Part shown: positions 18,353 through 28,574 of the stretch, piece after piece | Layout: each line of letters opens with the position of its first letter | Position numbering within the stretch: the first letter of the stretch is position 1 | Assembly: GCA_020057295.1 (NCBI GenBank) | Contig: JAGVGF010000001.1 | Location: 64,001-128,000, forward strand | Source of the DNA: an archaeon | GTDB lineage: Archaea; Nanobdellota; Nanobdellia; Woesearchaeales; UBA9642 | Direction: 5' to 3' | Length of the DNA stretch: 64,000 bases | Translations under genes and position numbers: made by a program | Notes under the pieces: model-generated | Databases searched by the model: none | Told to the model about the DNA's origin: nothing | What the model saw: only the letters and a program-made list of their open reading frames with translations

Positions 18353-19324
18353 ATGAATTTTCAAGATTTACAAAGTGTAGAGAAATCATCATTTTACTTA
18401 GATCAAGCATTCAAAAAATCTAAGAAACAAGGTGAAATTGTATTCCCTAGAACTTCTGGAGATCAACTTAGTAGAATGATTAGAACTGAATCAGAAAAAC
18501 TCAGAATATTCAATGATACATTAACATCATACATGGACAATATTGTTAAAAAATTTCCTAATATTGACAGTCTTCCAGAATTCTATAACGAATTATTAAG
18601 ATTAACAATTGATTATGATATGCTTAAAAAATCATTAGGAGCATTATCATGGATTAGCAACAAGATTGATCAATTATCTAAAATATATTCCAAGAATTTA
18701 AAGAGTTGTATTAACAAACCTGATGTTAACAAGTTAATGAATGAATATTATGGTAGAACTAGCTCTTTAATGAAACAGATTGATAAAAATTTACGTTATA
18801 TAGAAGAATCTCGTAAGATAATGAAAAATTATCCTACATTAAAGACAGATTTGTTTACTGTAGCAATTACAGGATTTCCAAACATTGGTAAAAGCACATT
18901 ATTATCTAAACTTACTCCTGCAAAACCTGAAATAAGAGATTATGCATTTACAACAAAACAGTTGAATCAAGGATATGCAAATTATGGTTTACGAAAGGTA
19001 CAATTCGTTGACACACCAGGAGTCCTAGATAGGTCTAAAATGAACAATATAGAGTTACAGGCTCATCTAGTACTAAAGTATCAAGTTCATCTAATAATCT
19101 ACGTTATAGACCTAACAGAGCCCTATCCGATAAAGGTTCAGGAAGAATTATTGAAAAAATTAAAAGAATTAGACAAGCCTATGATAATCTATTTAAGCAA
19201 GACAGACATAATTGATTCTAAAATATATATGAAGGCTAAAAGAAAATATAAAGCAGTAATTAGCATAGAAGAAGTAAATAAGAAAATAGAAAAAGCCATT
19301 AAAGAACACTATTTTGAAAGTTAA
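18353..19324 (+). CDS. NOG1-family GTPase
   Basis: FP....LPEFY.EL, G.PN.GKS, YAFTT, DTPG.LDR..N.IE. Confidence 0.92.
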   Translation: MNFQDLQSVEKSSFYLDQAFKKSKKQGEIVFPRTSGDQLSRMIRTESEKLRIFNDTLTSYMDNIVKKFPNIDSLPEFYNELLRLTIDYDMLKKSLGALSWISNKIDQLSKIYSKNLKSCINKPDVNKLMNEYYGRTSSLMKQIDKNLRYIEESRKIMKNYPTLKTDLFTVAITGFPNIGKSTLLSKLTPAKPEIRDYAFTTKQLNQGYANYGLRKVQFVDTPGVLDRSKMNNIELQAHLVLKYQVHLIIYVIDLTEPYPIKVQEELLKKLKELDKPMIIYLSKTDIIDSKIYMKAKRKYKAVISIEEVNKKIEKAIKEHYFES

Positions 19325-19333
19325 AAAATAAAA

Positions 19334-19858
19334 TTAATTTTTTGTCTCGATTATTTGACACTTGCAAGGCAACTTATTTTTGCATCTAATTAATGCTTCC
19401 TTTGCAATTGGTAAATTCTTTTTATCAACATTTACAACAAATAATACATCGTTCTTCTTAACCTGAGCTGCAAGTCCAACAACTTTACCATAAGAACCAG
19501 CCATACCAGTACTCATACGGTCTGCTCCTGCACCAGATGCTAAAACGTTTTCTCGAAGCATGTGATGTGGATGCTTTCTTAATTGTAAAAAGTATTCAGT
19601 CTTACCAGCTTTAGTTTCTAAAACTTTATTTCCTGATTGTCTTGAAGATTCTAAAGCATTATGTCTTATCTGTAATTCTTTCTTAGAAATAAGTGTTAAA
19701 GTATATTCAAATTTCTTATTAGGATTACCCATAATATATCTTACAACCTTACTATGTGGTGCTGCTCTAATAAAATTTTTAGCACGATACTTAGACTTTC
19801 TAGTATACGGTCTCTTTAAAACTTGATTATATGCTGAACCCTTTCTTAACTTTGCCAT
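19334..19858 (-). CDS. rpl10e: 50S ribosomal protein L10e (uL16)
   Basis: QIRHNALES.R, P.H..REN, GAGADR...GM...YGK. Confidence 0.95.
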   Translation of the reverse strand: MAKLRKGSAYNQVLKRPYTRKSKYRAKNFIRAAPHSKVVRYIMGNPNKKFEYTLTLISKKELQIRHNALESSRQSGNKVLETKAGKTEYFLQLRKHPHHMLRENVLASGAGADRMSTGMAGSYGKVVGLAAQVKKNDVLFVVNVDKKNLPIAKEALIRCKNKLPCKCQIIETKN

Positions 19859-19943
19859 TGTAAATACCTCAAAATATTAGACGATTTATATGATACTAGA
19901 AAAAACGATTTATTTATAAAGCTTGCTTTTTTTCTAACATTAT

Positions 19944-20059
19944 AGCCCCGTAGTGTAGCGGTCAATCATACAGCCCTCTGAATAGCAGAAATTTCCATTT
20001 CTGGAATTTCTTCTGCTGGAAGAAAGGCTGGGACCCCAGTTCGAATCTGGGCGGGGCTA
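19944..20059 (+). tRNA. tRNA-Gln(CTG) with 43-nt intron at 37/38 (19982-20024)
   Basis: Acceptor AGCCCCG/CGGGGCT, anticodon stem CAGCC/GGCTG, T arm TTCGAAT, hairpin intron forming a BHB-like motif. Confidence 0.85.
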
Positions 20060-21270
20060 CTATAATTTTAATTCAAAGATTTGGAACAACAATATTATTT
20101 CTTTTGTGCTATTATTAGGAGTGCTATTTGACTTCAATCTCAAAAACTTGGGAAAGTAGAACTGAGCTTTTGAGTAAATATATAAACACTAATATTAAGT
20201 TAGATGTTATGAAAAAAAAATTCATAGTTTTAATTCTGATTCTCGTATTTGTTATTGGCATCTTTTATACCGTGAATCCGAGTAAAATTTTTGGAAAAAT
20301 ATTCAATAAAAATTCAGACACGGATTTCAACACAAGATCAAATGCAGATTCTGATATATTAGCTACTTCTCCTTTAAAACCAATTTCAGTACCAAATACA
20401 AGCGCATCCGCGATTACATCACCGCCACCAAGTATGAAAGGTATCAATACTCATACAGAAGTATACGGCACAGGTGCTGACCCTAATATAATCACGCTCG
20501 GCCCAAAACTTGGTGCTCATCCAGATTGGCCTACCTACTCGGCTAAGTGTGGGATGGAATTTGAGCTTAAGCATGGAACACCATTGCTTGCGCCCGTTGA
20601 TATGGTATTCGTGGGCTTTTCTAATCGAAACGCTAAATATCGCATACAAAACGGAAAAGAAAACACACCTGTTAATAACACGCCTTATAATGATTTGCAA
20701 TTATGGTTCGAGTCCGCCAGTCCTGATTGGCCGGGGATGATTGTAACTGTCTATCATTTATACAGCTCGCCATTGTTACTAGGACATTATCAAAATCCGG
20801 ATTGTGCTGAACGTGAAGAGTGGGGAAGTACTAAAGAAGACCAAGCCGAAGGACACCTTTTTGGTGCATTTGGAGATAATATCATTCCGAAACAGGGTAA
20901 TGCAAGTGCATGTGAGGCCCTAATTGGACGCACAGTAAAGCGTGGGGAACTATTTGGATTCGCAGGTAGTGTAGGTACTCACTCTATGGCTGCTTTTTGT
21001 GCTGAAGTGCCGAATACGTCAGAAAATCCTAATATTAAAAAAGGAAATCACTATCTTCATTTGGTGCAACCTAGCATATTTTTTTATTGGAAATGTTATA
21101 GTCCTGATGCTGATTTTCCTAGTGGTGTACTTGCTTATCCATTCGAGTGTGATGAGTATCAACTTCCTGATGAACAGCGTGATATAAATTTCAAGTACAC
21201 ATCAACGAAATAGGATCGATCATAAACTACTTGTCTTTTTCTCGTCGATAAAATATGTCTGACGGGGCTA
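20060..21270. mobile_element. Small tRNA-anchored islet bounded by degenerate repeat of tRNA 3' end
   Basis: tctgggcggggcta (tRNA end) vs tctgacggggcta (21258-21270); single visibly GC-richer gene; no integrase. Confidence 0.55.
20209..21213 (+). CDS. Membrane-anchored M23 peptidase-like protein
   Basis: N-terminal TM; GMEF....GTPLLAP.D, TVYHL, G..VKRGE..G.AGS.G; metal ligands atypical. Confidence 0.55.
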   Translation: MKKKFIVLILILVFVIGIFYTVNPSKIFGKIFNKNSDTDFNTRSNADSDILATSPLKPISVPNTSASAITSPPPSMKGINTHTEVYGTGADPNIITLGPKLGAHPDWPTYSAKCGMEFELKHGTPLLAPVDMVFVGFSNRNAKYRIQNGKENTPVNNTPYNDLQLWFESASPDWPGMIVTVYHLYSSPLLLGHYQNPDCAEREEWGSTKEDQAEGHLFGAFGDNIIPKQGNASACEALIGRTVKRGELFGFAGSVGTHSMAAFCAEVPNTSENPNIKKGNHYLHLVQPSIFFYWKCYSPDADFPSGVLAYPFECDEYQLPDEQRDINFKYTSTK

Positions 21271-21318
21271 TCAATAAATTTATATATAAAATGTTCTAAT
21301 TCAATTTCAGGTGATATT

Positions 21319-21537
21319 ATGGCTAAAAAATCTAAAGAAAATATTTGTGAATGTGGAACACATTGTAATAAATTTAATGGATGCACTCAAGCAGTATATG
21401 GCTTAGGATTTATTGGAGCAGCAATATATTATATCTCTACTGCTACAGGATTTTGGATGGGTGTATTAGGTGTATTGAAAGCATTAGTCTGGCCCGTGTT
21501 TGTTGTCTTTGGCTTATTGAAATTTTTAGGGATGTAA
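21319..21537 (+). CDS. Small 2-TM conserved hypothetical protein
   Basis: YGLGFIGA.IYYI..ATGFW.GVLG.LKA..WP; RBS aggtga. Confidence 0.8.
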   Translation: MAKKSKENICECGTHCNKFNGCTQAVYGLGFIGAAIYYISTATGFWMGVLGVLKALVWPVFVVFGLLKFLGM

Positions 21538-21585
21538 TGTTTTTCATTAACATACCTTTATAATGCCTTCTTAATCTCTAAATCT

Positions 21586-22125
21586 ATGGTTACATTGAAC
21601 ATTAAAGGGCATGAAGTACAAGATATACATATCAAAGACTCTTATGATAGACGTGCATTACAGTTAATGAATAATATTATTAAACTTTTAGGAACAATCG
21701 GAGTAAGTGAAGATGATATGGATATTTCTATGAAATCTGTTGCAATGAAAAAAGCTCCAGCATCTGTATCATGGTATTTTGATGACTATCATCTCCATTA
21801 TAGTTATAGTGCAGCAAATAAATTTGTTGAAAACCTTGCTATGGTATATAAAATTCTTGGGTTAGAAATTGCGGCATTACTTGAAGAAAGAAAATCTGTA
21901 GAAGCATTCGTTTTAGAATTTAGAGAAGAGCATGATGTTGCAGATCAGAGAAAACATGCAAGAACAGTATTAGGACTCGAACATGATATTATTGATATGA
22001 GTGTTATTGATAAAGCGTATAAGACACTTGCAAAAGAACATCATCCAGATAAAGAAGGCGGAGATATATCTAAATTTAAAGAAATAAATCGTGCACATAA
22101 AATATTAAAAAGAGAATTACAGTAA
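21586..22125 (+). CDS. C-terminal J-domain (DnaJ-like) protein
   Basis: LG...YK.LAK.HHPD..GGD..KFKEIN.AH.IL. Confidence 0.85.
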   Translation: MVTLNIKGHEVQDIHIKDSYDRRALQLMNNIIKLLGTIGVSEDDMDISMKSVAMKKAPASVSWYFDDYHLHYSYSAANKFVENLAMVYKILGLEIAALLEERKSVEAFVLEFREEHDVADQRKHARTVLGLEHDIIDMSVIDKAYKTLAKEHHPDKEGGDISKFKEINRAHKILKRELQ

Positions 22126-22140
22126 ATTTGAGTTTTTTTT

Positions 22141-22578
22141 CTAGGTTTTGTAAACAATCTTATAACCCATTGCTTTAAATTCTGAAAGATACGAATATAA
22201 TTTATTTTCTTTTACGGCAGGACATTCATCAGTAACTAATACTGTTTTATTTTTCCAAATAAACAAAGGAAATTCTTTACATGCTTTTGGTCTAGAAAGA
22301 TTTGTGTGGATTGTACATTTATAATCTGTTAAATTAGGGCATCCGTTAATTCCGGATCCTAAATTAAAAATATACCTTTTTTTATCGCTTTCAGTTCTGA
22401 TAGGCATTATTTTTAAATCTTCTTTAAGCGTATCTTTCATAAGACTTACTTCTTTTGCTGATAATATAAGATATCCTCTTCTACAACAATATGCTTTACA
22501 TTCTGTATAGCAGTAACTGCTTAATGATTCTCTAGCATTTATAGCTAATGTTTCAGCGACAGTGTCTTTAATAATCAT
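22141..22578 (-). CDS. YkgJ-family cysteine-cluster protein
   Basis: C...C.A.CC, CP.L...C.IH...RP.AC.EFP. Confidence 0.85.
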   Translation of the reverse strand: MIIKDTVAETLAINARESLSSYCYTECKAYCCRRGYLILSAKEVSLMKDTLKEDLKIMPIRTESDKKRYIFNLGSGINGCPNLTDYKCTIHTNLSRPKACKEFPLFIWKNKTVLVTDECPAVKENKLYSYLSEFKAMGYKIVYKT

Positions 22579-22637
22579 AAAATAATTAACTCCATAATAA
22601 ATTATATATATTTAAATTATTTCCACAAGAACAGTTT

Positions 22638-22964
22638 TTATATCTCCTTCTTATGAGGACAATCTACAGTATTTTTGTAAGGATATTTTTCACATAATTC
22701 TGGTCTGCCTTTGTCATAAATTTCACAGTAATATCCTTTTTCATTAATTTTTAGATGTTTACAAGGAATTTTGAATTCTATCCAATATCCTGTTTTATCT
22801 TCATGAACTTGAATTAAATTTGTATCTAATAATTTGAATCTTTCAACTTCTGACAATACATCTTTATCACTTTCTTTAGAATATCCTATCTGAAAAGATT
22901 TACAACATAAACCACAACTTGCGCACTTAGTTGGATCAATATACTCGGATGTATTCACAAACAA
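22638..22964 (-). CDS. YkgJ-family cysteine-cluster protein (start uncertain)
   Basis: CASCGLCC, C..L, C.IY..RP..C..YP. Confidence 0.8.
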   Translation of the reverse strand: MFVNTSEYIDPTKCASCGLCCKSFQIGYSKESDKDVLSEVERFKLLDTNLIQVHEDKTGYWIEFKIPCKHLKINEKGYYCEIYDKGRPELCEKYPYKNTVDCPHKKEI

Positions 22965-23017
22965 TGTAATATAGTCGGGCTTATAAAGATATGTTTAAAA
23001 AATATTTTGCGTCTTTA

Positions 23018-23182
23018 TTATATTTGTCCGCCCTGATCTATATATTTCTTCATTAATCTTTCTAAAACCACGGTAGGAGTAAAACCTTTTTTACTGCACA
23101 TTCTGACAAAGTCATCATATGTTGGCTTGTCAATATTATATTCTGCTCTAACTTTTTGCGGTCCCTTAGGGGTTGCTGCCAT
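23018..23182 (-). CDS. 54-aa ribbon-helix-helix-like protein (not in ORF track)
   Basis: MAATPKGPQKVRAEYNIDKPTYDDFVRMCSKKGFTPTVVLERLMKKYIDQGGQI; RBS aggtga. Confidence 0.7.
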   Translation of the reverse strand: MAATPKGPQKVRAEYNIDKPTYDDFVRMCSKKGFTPTVVLERLMKKYIDQGGQI

Positions 23183-23331
23183 AATTATCACCTTTAATTA
23201 ACGTAATCACATATTATTTATAAGTTAGATTATTACATTATAAAAAATAAACTTATACATTGATTATAGAACAAACCATTTGGTAATAAACTTTTTATAC
23301 TACTTCTATATTAAGAGCCCGGGGTGTTAAT

Positions 23332-24384
23332 TTGAGAATAGAAAATGATGTTAAACTTGACTTTAAAGATGTTTTAATTAGACCAAAACGTTCAAAACTT
23401 GCTAGTAGAAGTGTTGTAGATTTACAGAGAACATTTACTTTTAAAAATACTAAACGTGAATGGACCGGTATTCCTATTATTGCGGCAAATATGGATACTA
23501 CAGGAACATTTGAGATGGCTGAAGTATTTATGAAGCATAAAATGATTGTAGCATTGCATAAACATTATCCTGCAGAGCAGCTTATTAATTTCTTTAATAA
23601 ACATACTGTGGAAGAATTATCGTATGTATTTTACAGTATTGGAATGATTGAACAAGATAAAGAAAAACTTAAAACAGTTCTAGCAAAAATTGATCATAAT
23701 AAGTTACAGCATATATGTATCGATGTTGCAAATGGTTATAGTGAAACATTTGCAGACTTTGTAAGAAGTATAAGACATGATTTTCCTGATAAAACAATTA
23801 TGGCAGGAAATGTTGTGACTGGTGAAATGGTCGAGGCACTTGTTCTTGCTGGTGCAGATATAGTAAAGGTAGGAATAGGTCCAGGTTCAGTGTGTACAAC
23901 AAGAAAAATGACTGGCGTGGGATATCCTCAATTATCTGCAATAATAGAATGTGCCGATGCAGCACATGGTATGGGAGCACAAATTTGTGGTGACAGTGGT
24001 CTAACAATGCCTGGAGATTTTGGAAAAGCATTTGGTGCAGGAGCTGATTTTGTTATGTCCGGAACAATGTTTGCAGGACATGATGAAGCATTTGGAGAAA
24101 TTATAGAACACGATAATAAGAAATTTAAGCCATATTATGGGATGAGTAGTGATACTGCGATGAATAAATATTCTGGAGGAGTTGCAGAATATCGTGCCAG
24201 CGAGGGTAAAACTGTAGAAGTTCCATACAAAGGTGCTGTAGATAAGACAATCCAACAAATTTTAGGAGGATTAAGATCTACTTGTACATATGTTGGTGCA
24301 GAAAGACTTAAAGATTTAAGTAAATGTACAACATTTATATGTGTAAATAATCATCACAACACTTTACATGGTGATGCATCTTAA
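23332..24384 (+). CDS. guaC: GMP reductase (type 1)
   Basis: [54 protein letters not shown]; TTG start with ggggtg RBS. Confidence 0.95.
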   Translation: MRIENDVKLDFKDVLIRPKRSKLASRSVVDLQRTFTFKNTKREWTGIPIIAANMDTTGTFEMAEVFMKHKMIVALHKHYPAEQLINFFNKHTVEELSYVFYSIGMIEQDKEKLKTVLAKIDHNKLQHICIDVANGYSETFADFVRSIRHDFPDKTIMAGNVVTGEMVEALVLAGADIVKVGIGPGSVCTTRKMTGVGYPQLSAIIECADAAHGMGAQICGDSGLTMPGDFGKAFGAGADFVMSGTMFAGHDEAFGEIIEHDNKKFKPYYGMSSDTAMNKYSGGVAEYRASEGKTVEVPYKGAVDKTIQQILGGLRSTCTYVGAERLKDLSKCTTFICVNNHHNTLHGDAS

Positions 24385-24620
24385 ATCTTGACAATATATT
24401 TTTTTTCTTCATACTCTACAACATCACTTTCTTGAAGTTTCTTCTTGTTACGAGTTTCTAAAGTTCCATTAACTTTTATTGCTCCAGATCTTATAAGAAT
24501 TTTAGCTTGTCCGCCTGTAGCCGCTAAACCTTGCAGTTTGATGAATGTATTTAACTCAATGTATTCTTCAGGAATTTTATTTTCTTCAATTTTTTTATCT
24601 AATAATTCGTTAGTTGACAT
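24381..24620 (-). CDS. S4-domain RNA-binding protein (YbcJ/YaaA-like)
   Basis: I.L..F.K..G...TGGQAK..I..G...VNG..ETR..KKL. Confidence 0.88.
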   Translation of the reverse strand: MSTNELLDKKIEENKIPEEYIELNTFIKLQGLAATGGQAKILIRSGAIKVNGTLETRNKKKLQESDVVEYEEKKYIVKI

Positions 24621-24621
24621 T

Positions 24622-25371
24622 TTAGAATTCTCCTAATCTTTTTTGTTTTTTATCATAACGTGCTAAATATTTTGGTGGATTGACACTTACATGTTTATAT
24701 CCTAACTCTTCAAGCATTACCTTAGCATTGCTGCTAATTTTTGGTGATGCAATTATACCTCTAACATTTTCTTCTTTAATACCTTTACTCTTACAAATTT
24801 TATGAATATATCTATGTAATTGCTGTACTGCTTTAAAATCAGCATTATCTCTCTTACATTCAATCACAACTACCTTGCCCTTCTTATCTGTACCGAAGAC
24901 ATCAATAAATCCTACTTTAGTATGTTCCTCACGGCTAAATGGTTTGAAACCAGGTTCTATTAACAGAGGATTTTCATAAATCATATCACTCATATCAGCT
25001 TCACTTCCAACAACCTCGATTTTTCCGCCATCCTCTAATTTATGTGTATTAACAAAGTGTATAAGATGAATTTTCGCATCCAGAAAATCTTTCAAAAATA
25101 AATGTTTGGCTTTAAGTATTACTTGACCTTTATCAACAACAAGTTTTACTTCAGTGCCTTCTTTCATATAATTAATAGGATTTACCCCTGTTGGCTGGTG
25201 TACAAGTAAGGTTTTATCGCTTTTAATTAATATTATTCTGTCGCCAGATGGTAAAAAACTTTCAACTTTACCATAATAATTTACTTCACAATTAGCAGCA
25301 ATAATTACAGTCTCATTATTTTCTAAAGCTGTGTTAATTTTTCCGATATATTCTAAAACATCTTTGTCCAA
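24622..25371 (-). CDS. nucS: Endonuclease NucS/EndoMS
   Basis: K.D.TLLVH, P.NY, G.IDV...D..G...VIECKR, AV.QL.RY; PIP box QKRLGEF. Confidence 0.93.
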   Translation of the reverse strand: MDKDVLEYIGKINTALENNETVIIAANCEVNYYGKVESFLPSGDRIILIKSDKTLLVHQPTGVNPINYMKEGTEVKLVVDKGQVILKAKHLFLKDFLDAKIHLIHFVNTHKLEDGGKIEVVGSEADMSDMIYENPLLIEPGFKPFSREEHTKVGFIDVFGTDKKGKVVVIECKRDNADFKAVQQLHRYIHKICKSKGIKEENVRGIIASPKISSNAKVMLEELGYKHVSVNPPKYLARYDKKQKRLGEF

Positions 25372-25434
25372 TTCAAATCCCCTAAATAAAGCAGTATAAT
25401 ATCATATATAAAGTTATTTATGTTACTAATACAA

Positions 25435-25869
25435 TTAGAAATGTTTAATTAACATATAAATACTTATACCAAATAGTCCTATAGAGATAATATCAACAAT
25501 TACACAAAATAAGCAGTACGCATGTATTAAGAATGCTTGAGCATATAAAAACCATAAAGCCATTAATCCAGAAGCTATACATCCAGTAATAAGTAAATTG
25601 TGTATTATCCAATTCTTTTTCTTAAGAAGCATTGCAGAAAATATTATTAGCAATGAGAATCCTAACATCCCATAATATGTATTACTAATTCCAAAAGTTC
25701 TACTATACGTGCTTGATTGTACAGTTTCACAACCATTAGTTCCAGTTATTGCTGAACAAATATTATTATAATTTAATTTAAACTGTGTTTTCTCAACCTC
25801 AATAACTACAGCTAACAATAAACATATTATGGATAAAATCATAATAGTCTTATATAATTTTGTGTGCAT
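25435..25869 (-). CDS. Vitamin K epoxide reductase (VKOR)-family protein
   Basis: C.......GC..V..S.YS..FGI, YCLFC redox motif, TMs. Confidence 0.88.
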   Translation of the reverse strand: MHTKLYKTIMILSIICLLLAVVIEVEKTQFKLNYNNICSAITGTNGCETVQSSTYSRTFGISNTYYGMLGFSLLIIFSAMLLKKKNWIIHNLLITGCIASGLMALWFLYAQAFLIHAYCLFCVIVDIISIGLFGISIYMLIKHF

Positions 25870-25995
25870 AATATAAGGCCTTGATAGTTGTTTATAAAAT
25901 TTATGGATATAATTAATAATATCTTGATTGTACATGCCATAATATAATTCATTTTAAAACATAAAGTATTTAAACAATTATATTGTTACAATATT

Positions 25996-26334
25996 ATGAA
26001 AACTATAACTAATCCAAAAGAAAGCGAATTACACGTAAAAACTACGTGCGCAATAGTTAGTAGAAAACCTGCACGCAATAATAACGAATTCAAAACAGCA
26101 GTTATAGCATTATATGATGTAAACAATCCTCATATGATAGATAAATTTCCAACAACAACATACGAGTTTACAAATATAGAAAAAGTTAGAATTAAAGGAT
26201 TAAATTTGTCATATTATCTAGAGGGTAATGATACTGTAATAAATGATTTAGAGGAATTAATGATTATCAAAGAAGAACATGTTCTAATATTAAAAGGGTA
26301 TCAATTTGAAGTTGAAAGAAGAAAGAAAAAATAA
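25996..26334 (+). CDS. Hypothetical protein
   Basis: Clean ORF with upstream TATA; no family recognised. Confidence 0.6.
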   Translation: MKTITNPKESELHVKTTCAIVSRKPARNNNEFKTAVIALYDVNNPHMIDKFPTTTYEFTNIEKVRIKGLNLSYYLEGNDTVINDLEELMIIKEEHVLILKGYQFEVERRKKK

Positions 26335-26386
26335 ATTTTTTTTAATTCTAATACAAATTTAAAAAATAAAATAAAAATATTGTTGT

Positions 26387-26605
26387 TTATTGTGGTAATG
26401 AATCCGATACTGGACTATCATCTAACATTCCAACATCAGGATTAGGCGTTGTAGTTTGATCAATGCCTAAATCATCAACTGTTGCATTAGCAGTATTTTG
26501 AATACCACCAGATAATGCTCCAGTGTCTGATGTAATATTTTTAGTACATCCAGTCACAACAATTCCTAATGTTAGGACTAATAAAAATATAGTTGTTGCT
26601 TTCAT
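26387..26605 (-). CDS. Small lipoprotein-like protein
   Basis: Signal peptide with lipobox VTGC; low-complexity acidic tail. Confidence 0.6.
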   Translation of the reverse strand: MKATTIFLLVLTLGIVVTGCTKNITSDTGALSGGIQNTANATVDDLGIDQTTTPNPDVGMLDDSPVSDSLPQ

Positions 26606-26606
26606 T

Positions 26607-27590
26607 TTACTCTCCTTTACTACTGTTTATCTTACCAGCTTTTTTATCTTCTTTTTGCTCTTGTTTTTCTCTAGATTGTTCTTTTAGAACATCTTTAGAT
26701 ATTTCTTTCATATCCTTGCTAGCATTCTTTATATGATCCCATACATTCTGAAATTCTCCTTCTTTATACTTATAACCTTTTTGTGCATACTTGTTTGCTT
26801 CACCGATCTTTGAATTAATGTCATCGATTTTTCCTGAAAGATTATATTTTTTAGCCATAGGATTCAATTTTTCTTTGTATGTCTTTAGCTTAGCAATTTC
26901 AAATTGTGCAGCATAAAGCAACTGATCTTGTCTGTAATCGTTCATATATTTTCTTAATTCTGAAACGTTACCAGAAGCCACTATTGCTTGTAATTCTGCA
27001 TTCTTTAATGCTAATTCAGTCTTTAATGCTTCCATTTCTGTAACATTAATTCCTTTTTGTGATAATCTTTCAATAACCTTGTCCCAATTCTTATTCCAGT
27101 TATCAATATGTTTCTGCAAAACTTGACCCATCTTTAATTCCTTATCACTAATACAATCAGAATATACATCTCTTGAAGTCTTTAATTCATTAATGAATGC
27201 TGTTTTAGAATCGTTGGAAACATTGTATTTCCTAAAATTCTTCTTCACATCATTAAGTACATCTGTTGCAGCATTAAAGTCTTGCCTAAATGTCGAAGCA
27301 ACATACTCATCAAATCCTGTCTTATTATTACTATCCACAAATACCTTAAGAGTATTCATGTCATTAGATAATTTTTCCTTGTAGCTACTTACATTAGCTG
27401 TAGGAACATACTTGTTCAATGAATCAATCTGAGTAGTTGTAAAATTTACTTTACAAATCAGATGATCATATCTCACAATTAATGCTTGCTTTAGTGTTGC
27501 ACCAGTATCCGTGTCATCAGTTTCCGCGATTACCATTCCTGTTAGTGCAAGCATCACAACAAGCATTGCAAACCATTTGTTTATATTCAT
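26607..27590 (-). CDS. Secreted alpha-helical/coiled-coil protein
   Basis: Signal peptide ending VIA; RBS gagg before ATG 27590; helical K/E-rich body. Confidence 0.7.
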   Translation of the reverse strand: MNINKWFAMLVVMLALTGMVIAETDDTDTGATLKQALIVRYDHLICKVNFTTTQIDSLNKYVPTANVSSYKEKLSNDMNTLKVFVDSNNKTGFDEYVASTFRQDFNAATDVLNDVKKNFRKYNVSNDSKTAFINELKTSRDVYSDCISDKELKMGQVLQKHIDNWNKNWDKVIERLSQKGINVTEMEALKTELALKNAELQAIVASGNVSELRKYMNDYRQDQLLYAAQFEIAKLKTYKEKLNPMAKKYNLSGKIDDINSKIGEANKYAQKGYKYKEGEFQNVWDHIKNASKDMKEISKDVLKEQSREKQEQKEDKKAGKINSSKGE

Positions 27591-27829
27591 TTTATACCTC
27601 ACAAAATTTATTATTCAAATTTGACAAACATTTAATTTGTCATAACATAAGTATAGTTAAACATGTTTATAAACATACTTGCTAAAGCGATAATTTAAAG
27701 GTTTATAAAACCTTATTATTCTTTATAATTCCTAATAAAGACGTTTAAAACTTTATACTGGTTTTAAATGATTTTTTTTATTCACGTCTATTGGTAAACT
27801 ATTTAAACAATGCTCTTGTCCTTGATTAT

Positions 27830-28552
27830 ATGAAGAATCATGCTTACGCAGCACTATTGATTAGCATTATACTAGGCATTCTATGCGTAAACATATCTTA
27901 CGCTGCAATAATTACTGGATCAATATATGATTTGTCCTTGCAAAAAGAATCTGATGTAATAATAGAGATTAATACAATTCCTAAACAAGTATCCGTATCT
28001 AAAGATGGAGAATATACATTTAATGTTAATAATGGAAATTATACACTTCATGCATACACAGAGTTATCTGAGGCTAATGAATCAATAATTATTGATCAAG
28101 AAGGAAATTTTACTCTAGATATAATACTTGAAGACAAGATATTGTATCTGCAAAAAGATATTAAATTAACAGATTATGACTTAAATATTAGCACAAATAA
28201 CCCTTCGGATAATAATAATAATAATAATACAAAAAATAGCATGTTTACATGGGTTGGCGGTATAATACTATTAATAGCCTTACTGTTAATAATATTAATA
28301 TTATTTTTACGCAACAAAGATGCAAGAGAATCAAGTAAAAAAAATGTTGTTGAAGAACAATTAGATGAGTTTGAGCACAAACTCTTGAGTATTATCAAAA
28401 AAAATAAGCGTATAACACAGAAGGACTTACGCAGAGAGATTCCTTTAAGTGAAGCTAAGATAAGCTTAATAATTAGTGATCTTGAAAGCAAAGGTAAAAT
28501 TAGAAAAATAAAGAAAGGCAGAGGAAATATAATTATATTTATGAAAGGATAA
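27830..28552 (+). CDS. Membrane-spanning protein with extracellular beta domain and cytoplasmic winged-HTH (COG2512-like)
   Basis: Signal peptide, TM, ITQKDLR...LSEAKISL....LE..G.I.KIKKGRGN. Confidence 0.85.
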   Translation: MKNHAYAALLISIILGILCVNISYAAIITGSIYDLSLQKESDVIIEINTIPKQVSVSKDGEYTFNVNNGNYTLHAYTELSEANESIIIDQEGNFTLDIILEDKILYLQKDIKLTDYDLNISTNNPSDNNNNNNTKNSMFTWVGGIILLIALLLIILILFLRNKDARESSKKNVVEEQLDEFEHKLLSIIKKNKRITQKDLRREIPLSEAKISLIISDLESKGKIRKIKKGRGNIIIFMKG

Positions 28553-28574
28553 GTAAACAAATTCTAAGAACAAT

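Noticed and set aside
28208-28230. (aat)n microsatellite encoding poly-Asn
   Set aside because: In-frame triplet linker in an AT-rich genome; no phase-variation effect
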